From the NCBI GenBank assembly GCA_951406725.2, contig OX597815.1, forward strand, positions 128,650,001 through 128,714,000: a stretch of DNA of 64,000 nucleotides, given 5' to 3'. Positions within the stretch are counted from its first letter, which is position 1. Each line of letters starts with the position of its first letter. Made by a program: the position numbers and the translations under genes. Below the pieces are notes generated by a model. The model saw only the letters and a program-made list of their open reading frames with translations. It searched no databases and was not told where the DNA came from. This document shows positions 1-11,951 of the stretch, piece by piece. Origin of the DNA: Octopus vulgaris. Taxonomy: Eukaryota.

Positions 1-774
1 CTAATCTTACACTAGTGACTTCTGACTTATTGACGTCAGTAAATTTCATGTAACTTCATGCATTATCAGACAGTATTCACCCAATTAGCAGACTTTTCTC
101 AAAGTTGGCAGCGAAATATTTTCCTGTACTGATCCTCAGGGCAGAACGGTGTGTAAAGGTTAAGGTGCTAGATTACTAACTACATGGTCACCAGTTCAAA
201 CCTTACAATTATGCCTAGCTCTTCTCTTGAGATTCACTCCCCTATACTATCCCCAAGCAGAGCACATAACTTTATAACTCTGCTTTCTTCAACTTTGCCT
301 TGCTCACATGTTGCCTGTCTTACTACATAATTTAGCAGTGATAAAATGGTATCTAGCTTTAAAAAAAAAAAAAATTTCACTAATGTTTAAATTTCCAAAT
401 TCATGTTTGAAAAGGAAAAACTTCCAGCTAAATGCTAATGTGGTAAAAAAAAAAGTAAAAGAATTTCTTCATCAGTTCTTAATAATCTTTTATTAGTTTC
501 ATACTGCACCTTCACTAAAAAATTTCATATCTAATAACTATAGCAGTTTATTTATTTGATGAAGAAATAAGTATGGGATTGTATCATAAATGTTAGAAGA
601 GAAATAACTAACTCATTCTCCCAAATCATAGTAAAATTGAAGAACTGGGAAGATAATTGCAGTTTAGTGCCAACTATTCAATCCTAAATTGTTGTTTGGA
701 TGGAAAGTTATACATTAGTCAGAAAAGGAGAGGCAGAACTTGTTTTCAGGCCCTCCTAGATAATTGTGTTTGAT

Positions 775-1720
775 ATCAGTTGTGGTGTGCAAGAGAGACG
801 ATTGCGCTGGTATGGTCATGTGGCGAGAATGAATGAAGATAGTTGTGTGAAAAAGTGCCACACCCTAGCGGTTGAGGGGAACCTGTGGAAGAGGCAGACC
901 CAGGAAAACCTGGGACGAGATGGTGAAGCACGACCTTCGAACTTTAGGTCTCACTGAGGAAATGACCAGAGACCGAGTCCTATGGAAGTGTGCTGTGCGC
1001 GAGAAGACCCGGCAGGACAAGTGAGTCCATAACCCGTGGCCTTCTACTTGGGATGGAGCCAGCCTACGTATGCATACCTTCCCTTCTTGGGACACAAAAC
1101 TCTACTTGTGAAGACCTGTTGAGGCAAGTGAGGATCAGAATCGAAATCGCTCAATGGAAATTGCAGATGTGTTACCAGTGCCGGTGGCATGTCGATACTC
1201 TACTTGTGAAGACCCGTTGAGGCAAGTGAGGATCAGAAATGGAAATCGATCAATGAAATTGCAGATGTGTTACCAGTGCTGGTGGCATGTCGAAACTCTA
1301 CTTGTGAAGACCCGTTGAGGCAAGTGAGGATCAGAATGGAAATCGATCAATGGAAATTGCAGATGTGTTACCAGTGCCGGTGGCATGTAAGAGAACCTTC
1401 CGTTTCGCGACCGTTGCCAGCACCGCCCCGTTTCGTGTCCGTTGCCAACCTCGCCTGGCCCTTGTGCCGGTGGCACATAAAAAGCACCATCCGTTCGTGG
1501 CCGTTTGCCAGCTCTGTCTGGCACCTGTGCGGGTGGCACGTAAAAAGCACCCACTACACTCACGGAGTGGTTGGCGTTAGGAAGGGCATCCAGCCGTAGA
1601 AACACTGCCAGATTTGACTGGGCCTGATGAAGCCTTCTGGCTTCACAGACCCCAGTAGAACCGTCCAACCCATGCTAGCATGGAAAACGGACGCTAAACG
1701 ATGATGATGATGATGATGAT
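775..1720 (+). mobile_element. 5'-truncated RTE-clade LINE: ORF2 C-terminus, 3' UTR and (GAT)n tail
   Basis: Reads ..VQERRLRWYGHVARMNEDSCVKKCHTLAVE, then after a +1 frameshift near 878 GTCGRGRPRKTWDEMVKHDLRTLGLTEEMTRDRVLWKCAVREKTRQDK* (stop 1022-1024). RLRWYGHV..RM and RGRP.KTW are typical RTE ORF2 C-terminal motifs. Ends catggaaaacggacgctaaac(gat)n. CpGs are retained, so the copy is relatively young. Confidence 0.9.
1099..1388 (+). repeat. 3 x 98-bp tandem repeat inside the RTE 3' UTR
   Basis: Unit actctacttgtgaagac...ggtggcatgt starts at 1099, 1197 and 1295; the copies are near-identical. Confidence 0.95.
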
Positions 1721-2377
1721 AGCTGATGTCCAACCTGAACATGTACAGGACAACACTATGAAAAATATGCCACAGAAGCACAACACCTCAATGAGTAGTA
1801 GTAGTAGTGATGGTGGTGGTGGCAGCGGCAGTAGCAGCAGCAGGAGGAGGAGGTCTAAAGACCCATTAGATTATAAAGGCACCAGTGAAGCATGGGCATG
1901 GAGAAAACTAAAGATCTGATGTGAATGTTTTGTAACAAAGTAAAGTAGGCTAAAAGCTACCATGGAAGGGCCAGGAGGTGGTTTTAAAGCAAGTAGCATG
2001 TTAGGTTGAGTTTCTATATATTTATAATTCCTAAAGAAACAAAGGGATCAGTTGACAAGGTATTGGGTAAGAAGCTCAGTGGTCAGAAGTTTAGGCCCTG
2101 TTACCTTTTCGTTGTGTCTGTAGCCAAAGCAGTACTTAATTCTTAAGTGTTTGGTCTAGTCCACCTTGTCGTAATAGATATTGCAAAGTCAGTATAGCAT
2201 TGTAAATCAGGTAAGTGCTCAGTTAACCCTCAGCATTATATTTATTTTCTCTTGTAGATATAATAGTAAAGAAGAGGGCTTACTGGTTACTTTCTAATCT
2301 AATGTGCTTTGGGACTTACTACTGAAAGTAATCATAGGGGTGATGTTTTTTTTTCTGTTTGGCAAATTTTTCATAAA

Positions 2378-2765
2378 AGGCACAGGTGTGGCTGAATGAT
2401 TAAAAAGCTTGCTTTCCAACCACATAGTTTCAGGTTCAGACACACAGTGCAGCATCTTGGGTAGGTGTCTTCTGCTATATCCTTGGGCCAACCTATGCCT
2501 TTTGAGTGGATTTGGTTGCTAGAAACTGTGTAGAAGCTTGTCATGTATGTATGTATGTATGTATGTGTGTTTGTTCTCCACCATCATTACCACCTGACAG
2601 TTGGTGTTGGTTTGTTTACAGTGCCTGTATCTTAGCAGTCCAGCAAAAGAGGTCTTTAGAATAAGTGCCAGATTTAAAAACAATAAAACTAAGTACTGGG
2701 GTCAATTTGTTTGACTAAACCCTTCGAATCTACCATCCAATGACTGAAACAAGTAAAAGTTAAAG
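2378..2765 (+). mobile_element. tRNA-derived SINE, family A (~400 bp, internal TA/TG microsatellite)
   Basis: A-box-like gtggctgaatga and B-box-like ggttcagac; ends aatgactgaaacaagtaaaag; homologous to 8607-9034. Confidence 0.85.
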
Positions 2766-3028
2766 CCACTGTTGGTACTCCTGTTTTTCTTTAGTTACCC
2801 ATGGAATGATTTGTTTCCAGCAACAACTAAACCATACTACCTCATGTTACTTATTTACAGATAAGCATCTGAGAGTGAAATTTGCCCCAAGACAATGTTA
2901 TAGCATTACTAAAAGACAAACCTTCAACCTAGACAGATAAACCAACCACAGCTTATTTAATCATTCATTCTCCTTATATTACATAAACAGGCTACTGACT
3001 GTTGTCTTATATCTAACTCTTTATGATA

Positions 3029-3075
<47 letters not shown>

Positions 3076-3914
3076 CATACATACACACACACACATTCAT
3101 GCATATACTTTTTTGTTTTTTATATTTTATTTCTTTAGAATTATATAAGGCATGTTTTTTTTTTATGTTTTAACTGCATGATCGAACAAATTTTCTTTTC
3201 ATTTTCTCTTTTTCTTGTTCTTTTCATTTTCTCATCTCCAGTTTTCTCTGAAGAACTCCAAGCTAAATACATTTTCTTTTTGTCATGATCATGCTTCAAG
3301 TTAGACTTTTTATCAAATATTTTTATATTCCAATCTGATGAAATAACAACCGCATCACTTACAACAACATCAACATCAACAGCCACAGTTAAAATAACAT
3401 AATCATTCAAATTCCAGGAGACTTTTGTGTATGTCTACATTTGACAAGAATTAATTCAGTAGAGAATGAAAAAAAAAATGCTCATAAAATTGTGTGTGTC
3501 AGTATGCCCTAAGGGAGAAGAAAAAAAAAGTAACATTTCAAATAATGTTCTGTCTAAAACATTAATTTCCTTCTCCTCTTGGCTCACCAATAGAACATAC
3601 TGTATAATTTATTTTATTTAATTAATTTCTCTGTTTTTACTTTTTATTTTGCAAGTATAATTCTTTTATATTTAAAAATAATAAATATTATTGTTTTGTG
3701 TTGCAAATAAAGAATACTGAGATTAGCACAAGTGCAGTGTAAAAGGTTGGGTTGAGAAACTATGTGGAGATGAGAGGCAATATCAACCATGGCAGGTTAT
3801 TGAACTCGGACATTAAGAAGAATAAAAGAGAATACTGCAAGGCACACTTACACTGGTTCTCCTACATTAGAGACACTCCACTGCCCAAATAATAATAATA
3901 ATAATGATAATAAT

Positions 3915-4287
3915 AGCTCTCAGAGAGTGCAAAGCTCTGCCAAGGCAACACCAACTTCCTTTCAACTATTAGCCAGAAATGATTTTTAAAATGAGAATAT
4001 CTGAAATAAACTTGACTCCTCTCACAAATGAGAATACTAAAAATGAACCCAACCACTCTCAAAAGTGAAGTAAAATAACAGAAAAATAATCCAGAATCCT
4101 TGTCTGGTACCGAATTGATCCCAAAGTCTAGTCAGTTCATGCGGGTCATGAGGCCAAACATCCCTGAAAGTTTCATCTGAATCCATCCAGTGGTTCTTGA
4201 GATGTCTTCTCCACAGACAAACAAGAAAACACGATTGAAAAACATTATTATTACCTTTGCCTTAGCAAAGGCAGAGGTAATAATAAT
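3915..4287 (-). mobile_element. Non-autonomous DNA element with terminal hairpin and subterminal inverted repeat (HINE/DINE-1-like or Crypton-like)
   Basis: 20-bp-stem hairpin attattattacctttgcctt-agca-aaggcagaggtaataataat at 4244-4287. ctctgcc at 3935 is inverted relative to ggcagag at 4270. Both flanks are (TAA)n. The class assignment comes from remembered similar elements. Confidence 0.6.
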
Positions 4288-4302
4288 GATAACAATAATA
4301 AT

Positions 4303-4790
4303 AAACCAGGCAGTGGCTCTCATGGCTTCTGATCTTAACTGATTGGAAGTGTTATCATGTACGTTGTTTTATCTTGGTATAAAAGATGCGCTACAGCAAA
4401 TATTCTGCCCACTACTATGTATTTGCTTGTCAGTTGCTTGATCCTTAGTGGCTGACGATATGTGCATCTTTGATCATGGGCAGAAATAATTGGGGAGCAT
4501 CATGCCATGTCTTGAGCGAGATTCTTTGGGATTTGGATAATTCATCTCTGGAAACATTGGTGTGTTGTTCATCATCCATAAACAACCCTTATTCAGGGAC
4601 CTATTGAGCGGGGTGGACTATTCAACCTGATGAAAATTCTAACTGGGTCCCACCTGCAAGGTCATGCACTGTTTATTTTCATATAAGATCACCATGTCAC
4701 ACACAGGTAGTTATGATGAGTATACTGGGCTTCATATATTTGTACACCAGTGTTACTTTGAGGCATGCACTGCTCCCTCACTCAATGATG
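4303..4790. mobile_element. Unclassified ~490-bp interspersed repeat bounded by (AAT)n and (GAT)n
   Basis: GC-richer block with sharp microsatellite borders. It resembles a repeat I recall from octopus genomes but is single-copy in this window. Confidence 0.45.
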
Positions 4791-4817
4791 ATGATGGTGG
4801 TGGTGGTGGTGGTGGTG

Positions 4818-5980
4818 GTTTCTATTACAGGCACAAGGCCTGAAATTATTTAGTGGGGTGGGGACTTGTCCATTACATTGACTTCCCCCTCCCCTTCAGC
4901 TCAACAGGTACTTATTTCATCAACCCTCAAAAGGATGAAAGGCAAAGTTAAATCAGCAGAATTTGAACTCAGAATGTAGAGACGGATGAAATGACACAAA
5001 GCAGTTTGTCTGGCATGGTAACAATTCTGCCAGCCTTCCTTGATAATAAAGATGATGATAATAAAGATGATGATGATAATTGTTACAAATTTTAGTGTAA
5101 GGCAAGTAATTTTAAGGGGAAGAGGTTTAGTCAATTACATTGACCCCTGTACTTGACTGATACTTCATTTTATTGACCCTGAATTGATGAAAGACAAAGT
5201 TGACCTAAGAATTTAAATAGCTGGAAGAGATGCTGCTGAACATTTTGTTCAATAATAGTTATTTCTAGTATAAGCAAAAGGTTTGAAATTTAGGGACTGA
5301 AGTTAGTCAATTACATCAACCCCAGTACTTGACTGGTACTTCATTCTATTGACCCTGAAAAGACGAAAGACAAAGTTGACCTCAGTGGAATTTGAACTCA
5401 GAATGTAAAGCCAAAAGAAATGCTGCTCAGCATGACTTCTAATTTTAGCACAACGCTAGTGAGTACAAGTCAATTACATTAATCTCAAGTGATCAACCGG
5501 TATTTATTTTATCAACATTGAAAGGATAAAAGGCAAAGTTGACCTCGGAGGAATTTGAACGTAGATGGACAAAATGCCACTAAGCATTTTGCCCAACATG
5601 CATTCTGGTATTAATGGCATAAATAATGCCCAGCAAATAAATTTTGAATTACAAAAATTTTATTGAAACCTTCAATTTAAATTAATCATTTCCAGTTAGA
5701 AGATAGCAATGAAATATTTTACTCAGAAGATAGCAACAGAATATTTTACAATAATGGAAATTGAATTTTATTAAAAATAATAATAATCCTTTCTACTATA
5801 GCCACAATTTGGTGGAGGGGGGATTCAGTTGATTAGATCAACCTCAGTATGCAACTGGTACTTATTTTATAAACTCCAAAAGGATGAAAGGCAAATTTGA
5901 ACCCAGAACGTAAAGACAGGTGAAATACCACTAAGCATTTCACCTGGCATGCTAATGGTTCTGCCAGCTCGCCGCCTTAA

Positions 5981-6012
<32 letters not shown>

Positions 6013-6445
6013 TTTTTTTTTAGGCTATAAGTGCATAATTTTGAACTGAGGGAAAGAAGATGAAGCCATTGACCTCTCACTCCCAGTACTTGACTAGTGT
6101 TTCGTTTTGTTGACCCAAAAGGACAAACAGTGAAGTTGACTTCAATGAGGTTTGAATTTAAAACATAAAGAGCTTGAATAAATACTGCAAGACATTTCGT
6201 CTGACACTGATGATTCTACCACCAATCTACACCCTGACTAATTAGTTCTAGCATAGATACAAAGTCAAAAATTTAGTAGAGAAGGGTTGTTAAATCAATC
6301 CTGGTACTTGATTAATTTTTTATTTTATCAAGCCTGGAGAGATGAAAGATTTCAGTTAACTTGGGTGGGTTTGAATTCAGAACATATAAAGTCAGACAAA
6401 TACCTTCAGGCATTTTGTCTGACACTAACAATTCTGCCAAATCCA
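4818..6445 (-). mobile_element. Tandem array of ~7 family-B SINEs (~200 bp each)
   Basis: Repeated ggatgaaaggcaaagttgacctc...gaatttgaactcagaa...ttctgccagc units starting at about 4818, 5080, 5262, 5436, 5786, 6010 and 6245, mostly separated by (AAT)n-type linkers. Confidence 0.9.
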
Positions 6446-8606
6446 ATTAAACATTTCTTAGAAGTGCAAGGTCACAAAGTTGTCAGGGAGGGTTCAGTGT
6501 GCAGACTGACCTGAGTAGCTAAGAAGATAGCTTTTCACTTCTGTGGTTTCAGGATCGATCTTATCAAGTGACAACTTTGGTAATCAGTCTTGTGAGTGAA
6601 AGTTGGAAGACAAAAACTGGAAACCTGTCAGATGGCTATACCTATTCTTGAGTGAAAGACCTAATCTCTCACCTGGTTTAACTGCCACCACCTGGTCCTT
6701 AGTTACTTTTAGCAGTGTTCACTCTGATGCATGCATTCAGGTCAGGTCACCAGGTTAAAGGTAACTTCTCTTCCTCTCACCAGTCTCAGAAGCCTTAAAT
6801 AAGGATCACAGGTGCTACATTACATTCTCTAAAAAAAAGGCCATTTATTAAAAGTAACCCCACTAAATATTCGGGGTTAATTTTCTGGACTCTGAGCTGA
6901 AATGTAAAATTATATCTCTGAGATTTTAAAATCAGAATGTACAGGTATGAAACTAAATACTATAAAGGTACCAATTCTCTCACTCTTGCTCTTAGAATAA
7001 TCCAATTAACAATAAATATTAAATATTGTCTTTTCTCTTCTGTCTTGTGTAATAACCCTTTTAAAAACCATTCTTAATATTAATGCAATATGTTGTCTTA
7101 ACCAGGTAATGGTTGTGGTGACATGATGATGGGATGGGAAAGCTGAGTACAATGTTCATGTTCATTTTTTATTTTATCATAGCATTAAGTAAATAAGACA
7201 AGTTTGAATAGGATGTCAGTTTTGCTGAAGTAACATTCCCAGATAATTATAGCCCATTCCTATTAGCTAAGGTAAAACGGATGAATGAATATTTTCTTCT
7301 TCATAGCTAAGAGTTGGGGGGGGGGGCTCGATACAGCCACCACTCCTCAGCACATTCTTAATCTCATGGTGTAGCCATACTCTCCATCAGTCTTTGACGT
7401 CACCACTCTATTCTTTCTCACCTTCAATCCTGTTTTCCTTCCACCCAGCTCTTGAGGATATGGGCAGAAAGGTTTCCGGTCATTCAATATAACCTGAATA
7501 CATAGTAAAAAGCTTGTGGTGGATTTGAGCCCCAAAACTCTTGAAGCATGCAAGTAGTTGTTATAGTTGTTGTTGGAGGTGGTGATGGAGTGTTGGTAGT
7601 AACATTTATGACTAAAAAAAAAAAAAAACTAGAGACATACTTCAGGTGCATTCTTAACTGGTGTATATCTTCTGCAATCCTCTCTAACAAACATCAGCTT
7701 ACATTGATGTGTGTCTACATATATGTATGTATCCTTATGCATACTCTGAACTATTTGGTTATCAGTGGCTGTTAAGCACATAAAATACATTAATAAAACA
7801 AACAGATGACTAGTATTTGGAATCATCTAGTTAGTTCTTAGATGTATTATAGAGGAGGGAAAATTGAGGTGGTGGTTGTGGAAGAGGAGTTAGGTTATAA
7901 ATTTGACACCTCACTTGCAACCTCTTAACAGATTTTTTATTAATTAATACCAGAATATTATGTTGCACAGCCTAACTGCAGTTAAATGAAACCTAGTGAG
8001 AATTAATAGGTGATATTGCCTATTGTGTGTATCTATGTTACAAATAAATCTATTAACCCAGTATTTGGTGATATGACTGCACTATAACAATAGTTATTTC
8101 TTACAGTTGCCCAATGCCACTAAATTATAAAGGGGAAAGGGTGCAGTTGACTAAATTCCACCCACAAATTGACTGGTTTTGCATTCATTTTTCTGTTAAC
8201 CCTAATAGGATCTGAATTTAGGCTGTAGAGGGATGAAACTAAATACCAAAAGTCATTTAATCTGGCACACTCTATTTTCTGTTAATCTACAAACTTGACA
8301 GTGCTTATTATAATGATGGTGGTGGTGGTGGCAGCAATTCAGTCTAATTTTGGCACAAGGCTAGCAATTTTGAGGGGAGGGGTGTTAGATGATATCATAA
8401 AATTCATACTTGGGTTCACAACTTTGTAAGGCTTCTATCAGTTAATATTAGTTTCAAATGTTGGCATAAAGCTAGGGTGGGGTAAGTTGATTACATTGAC
8501 CTCAGTGCTCAACTGGTACTTATTTTATTGACCCTGAAAGGCAAAGTCTACCTCACAATTTTATAAACAAATTTTTAAAAATATATAACTAGGTCTAGTT
8601 ATATAT

Positions 8607-9034
8607 AGGCATAGGAGTGACTGTGTGGTAAGTAGCTTGCTTACGAACCACATGGTTCCAGGTTCAGTCCCACTGCGTGGCACCTTGGGCAAGTGTCTTC
8701 TACTATAGCCTCAGGTCGACCAAAGCCTTATTAGTGGACTTGGTAGACAGAAACTGGCAGAAGCCCGTATATATATATATATATATACACATACACACAC
8801 ACACATATGTGTGTGTGTGTGTGTATGTTTGTGTCTGTGTTTGTACCCCAACATCGTTTGGCAACCGATGCTGGTGTGTTTATGTCCCCGTAAGTTAGCG
8901 GTTTGGCAAAAGAGACTGATAGAATAAGTACTAGGCTTACAAAGAATAAGTCCTGGGGCTGATTTGCTTGACTAAAGGTGGTACTCCAGCATGGCCACAG
9001 TCAAATGACTGGAACAAGTAAAAGAGTAAAAGAG
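8607..9034 (+). mobile_element. Full-length family-A tRNA-derived SINE
   Basis: A box gactgtgtggtaag, B box ggttcagtccc, CORE-like ccttgggcaagtg, central (TA)(CA)(TG) tract and tail aagtaaaagagtaaaagag. Confidence 0.9.
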
Positions 9035-9671
9035 GCCCAATTCAATTTGTATAATAGTTTCTTTTGATTCTGTGGCACACAACTTGACAGACACATTCAT
9101 CCTCATCATCATCACCATTTAATGCCCGTTTTCCATGCTGGCATGAGTTGGACAGTTTGATAGGCACCAAGAAGCCAGAGGACTACACCAAGCTCCAATG
9201 TCTACTTTGGCAAGTGAGCCAACATTCTAAACTATAAAAGATTTCACTACAAAAAGAATAACAATAAAATAAAATCCCACCACACAGTAAAAATTTGTAA
9301 GACTGAACATATTTCCCTCTCCCAAAATACTTGCTGTGTAAGGTGTACCTGCTGGTACAGTGAAATTCTGTGTGAAACTGCTCAAATCAATAATTAATAA
9401 TAAAAATGTCACAACATTCTATTTTTTTTTCTTTGTAAATTTGAACCTTGTTGCTATGTAAGAAAGTTATTTATAATTTAGCTTGAAGAGTACAGGAGAT
9501 GGCCAAGATAGTCAAGTGCTGGATTAAACATTTTGTGGGTGTTTCTTTTTTTTTTTTGTCTTTATTTCACTTATTGTCTTGATAAAATAATAAGTATGAA
9601 ATAAATATTATAGTCACCTAGGTCAAGTACTCGCCCACTATTTATCCGTAGCCTTGTATCTAGTTATTAAA

Positions 9672-9930
9672 GCACTTAGCCTGATGGTTAGGGTGTTGAA
9701 TATGGTTACAACTGTTAGATCATGAGTTCAATATTTGGACCAATGGGCCCATTATGTCCTTGAGCAAGGCACTTTGTTTCAGCTAACTCTGGTGTGCTCA
9801 TCTAAAAATGAATACCAGTGACAACTGGGATTAACTCTGATTTGGAATAACATTTTGTTTGGGGATGGTAGTGGAGGTGAGTCTTGTTTTTTCAGTCTAA
9901 ATGCCTTGAAAATTCAGATGACCTCTAAAG
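9672..9930 (+). mobile_element. Degenerate tRNA-derived SINE with CORE-like domain
   Basis: tagcctgatggttagggtg...gagttcaat...gtccttgagcaaggcacttt. Confidence 0.6.
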
Positions 9931-10341
9931 TTATGTGATGGTAGGCTTTGAGGCTGAATTTGCCACCAGTTAAATGAAGTAAATATTCTGCCTAGTTCTA
10001 TAGGACAAACAAAGCACATTTTTGAAATCCATTTCTTCTAATTACTTTCTTTGAGAAAGTGTTGTGAATTCTTAGAATCATTCCAGCAATAGATAAAATT
10101 GCTTTTCAGTATTTGTTCCTGCTCTGTTCCTGAGTTCAAATTCTGCCACAGTTAACTTTCATCCTTCTGGGATTGGTAAAATAAAATACTCTGATCAATA
10201 TAATCAATTATACCACTCCTTCCAAATTTCTAATGTGTTTATATTAAAAAATTATATTCTTGAAAAGGGCATCAACACCACCACACAACTTTATTCTCCT
10301 GTCATTATAAATCAAATGTTTTTGTGCCTTAGATGAATAGC

Positions 10342-10588
10342 AATATTATTACATTCTGTTGTGTTTGGAGAGAGTCACTTTCTTTATTTAACACACTCAC
10401 CGATAAAATTTCTACTTATTTTAAGAAAATAAAAATAAGAAATAAGTGGAAATTTTACCGGTGAGTGTGTTGAATTATAAGGCACAAAAAGAAAATTACT
10501 CTCCCCAGACACAACAGAATATGCTTCAACACACGAACTCACATAAAGAATCTTGCAAACCAAATCCAAAAACGAAATATTATTACAT
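10342..10588. mobile_element. Fold-back insertion with 13-bp flanking direct repeat (Penelope-like inverted end or MITE)
   Basis: 10351-10422 is the reverse complement of 10440-10522 apart from one gap. aatattattacat occurs at both 10342 and 10576. Confidence 0.7.
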
Positions 10589-10598
10589 GTTATATTCA

Positions 10599-10808
10599 AG
10601 GTGGTAAGCTGGCAGAATCATTAGCATGCTGGACAAGATGCTTAGCATTTCATTCATCTTTACATTCTGGGTTCAAATTCTGCCAAGGTCAACTTTGCTG
10701 TCATCCTTTTGGGGTCAATGAAATAAGTATCAATTGAGGTCAATGTAACCAACTTACTCTCCCCACAGGACTTGCTGGCCTTGTAACAAAAATTTGAAAC
10801 CAGTATTA
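10599..10808 (+). mobile_element. Family-B SINE, single copy
   Basis: aaggtggtaagctggcagaatc...gggttcaaattc...ggccttgtaacaaaaatttgaaacc. Confidence 0.85.
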
Positions 10809-10939
10809 TCTCACGTTATAGTTTCTGTTCCCTGTTGTTAGTAATTTTTCACTTTATTTCGTTTCACTTACAGATAAATTTAGAAAATGGTGTGAATGAA
10901 TGTCACATACTCTCATTTTCCTACTGATGAAACTGTCAC

Positions 10940-11316
10940 TTACTCTTTTACTTGTTTCAGTCATTTGACTGTGGCCATGCTGGAGCACTGCCTTTTAGTC
11001 GAGCAAATCGACCCCAGGACTTGTTCTTTGTAAGCCTAGTACATATTCTATCGGTCTCTTTTGCTGAACCGCTAAGTTACGGGAACATAAACACACCAGC
11101 ATCGGTTGTCAAGCGATGTTGGGGAGACAAATACATACACACACACATATATACAGTGGGCTTCTTTCAGTTTCCGTCTACCAAATCCACTCACAAGGTT
11201 TCGGTCGGCCCGAGGCTATAGTAGAAGGCACTTGCCCAAGGTACCACGCAGTGGGACTGAACCCAGAACCATGTGGTTGATAAGCAAGCTACTTACCACA
11301 CAGCCACTCCTATGCC
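10940..11316 (-). mobile_element. Family-A SINE, young (CpG-rich) copy
   Basis: Reverse complement of 8607-9034. Confidence 0.9.
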
Positions 11317-11913
11317 TTGTGTAAGAAATATAAAAAAAATAATGAAAATGAAACAAAAAAGAAAGAGTTATGCATTTTTGTCATTGTAAAATAATAACAA
11401 TTTTCAGGTGATCCAAGTTTGTAAGCTTGTATCATTTCCTAATTGAGGATAGTTTACCCTTCATATATCCCTGTTGTGCTTGAGTGGTAAACATTTCAGT
11501 CTCATTTTCCTTTACCTCCATTCTTTATATCAATCTATCTCCTAGCCAGTATTGAGTAAGAAGACTTTTATCTCTTCTTTGCTTTTCTTTCTTTTTGGTC
11601 TTGTGACATTTTTTGTTTTCTTTAAATATTAATTTTCCTTTCAATATTTCTTTTAATCTTTATCTTATCAACATCAAGACAGCTATGACTACTACCACCA
11701 CCACCATCACTGTCACCTACGTCACCACCACCACCATCAGCAGCATCACCAATACTGTTATTTCACCCATCACTACCACTACACCACTCCAGTTCAGAAA
11801 CTGTTGAAACAAAAATCCTCCTATAGATTTTATTATTATAGTAGCTTCAACATTTCTTTTGCACAGGCGGAAAATGGTGCTTGCTAATCTCTTTCTCTAA
11901 CTCTTTCATTCTC

Positions 11914-11951
<38 letters not shown>

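Noticed and set aside
1099-1388. CRISPR-like regular repeats (also 26470-26650 and 34815-35010)
   Set aside because: The units are full tandem copies without unique spacers, there are no cas genes, and the context is a eukaryotic retroelement.
1701-1919. 72-aa ORF with S/G/R runs
   Set aside because: It starts in the LINE (GAT)n tail and is driven by trinucleotide repeats.
2124-2210. Exon-like segment with a strong CAG|GTAAGT donor
   Set aside because: It has stops in all three frames; it could only be a non-coding or poison exon, and there is no other support.
3141-3410. 89-aa minus-strand Lys-rich ORF, with a strong + strand acceptor at 3241
   Set aside because: The ORF is the antisense of a pyrimidine tract, with no recognisable domain and no good donor.
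8607-8690. tRNA gene
   Set aside because: The A/B boxes belong to SINE heads, and no full cloverleaf is evident.
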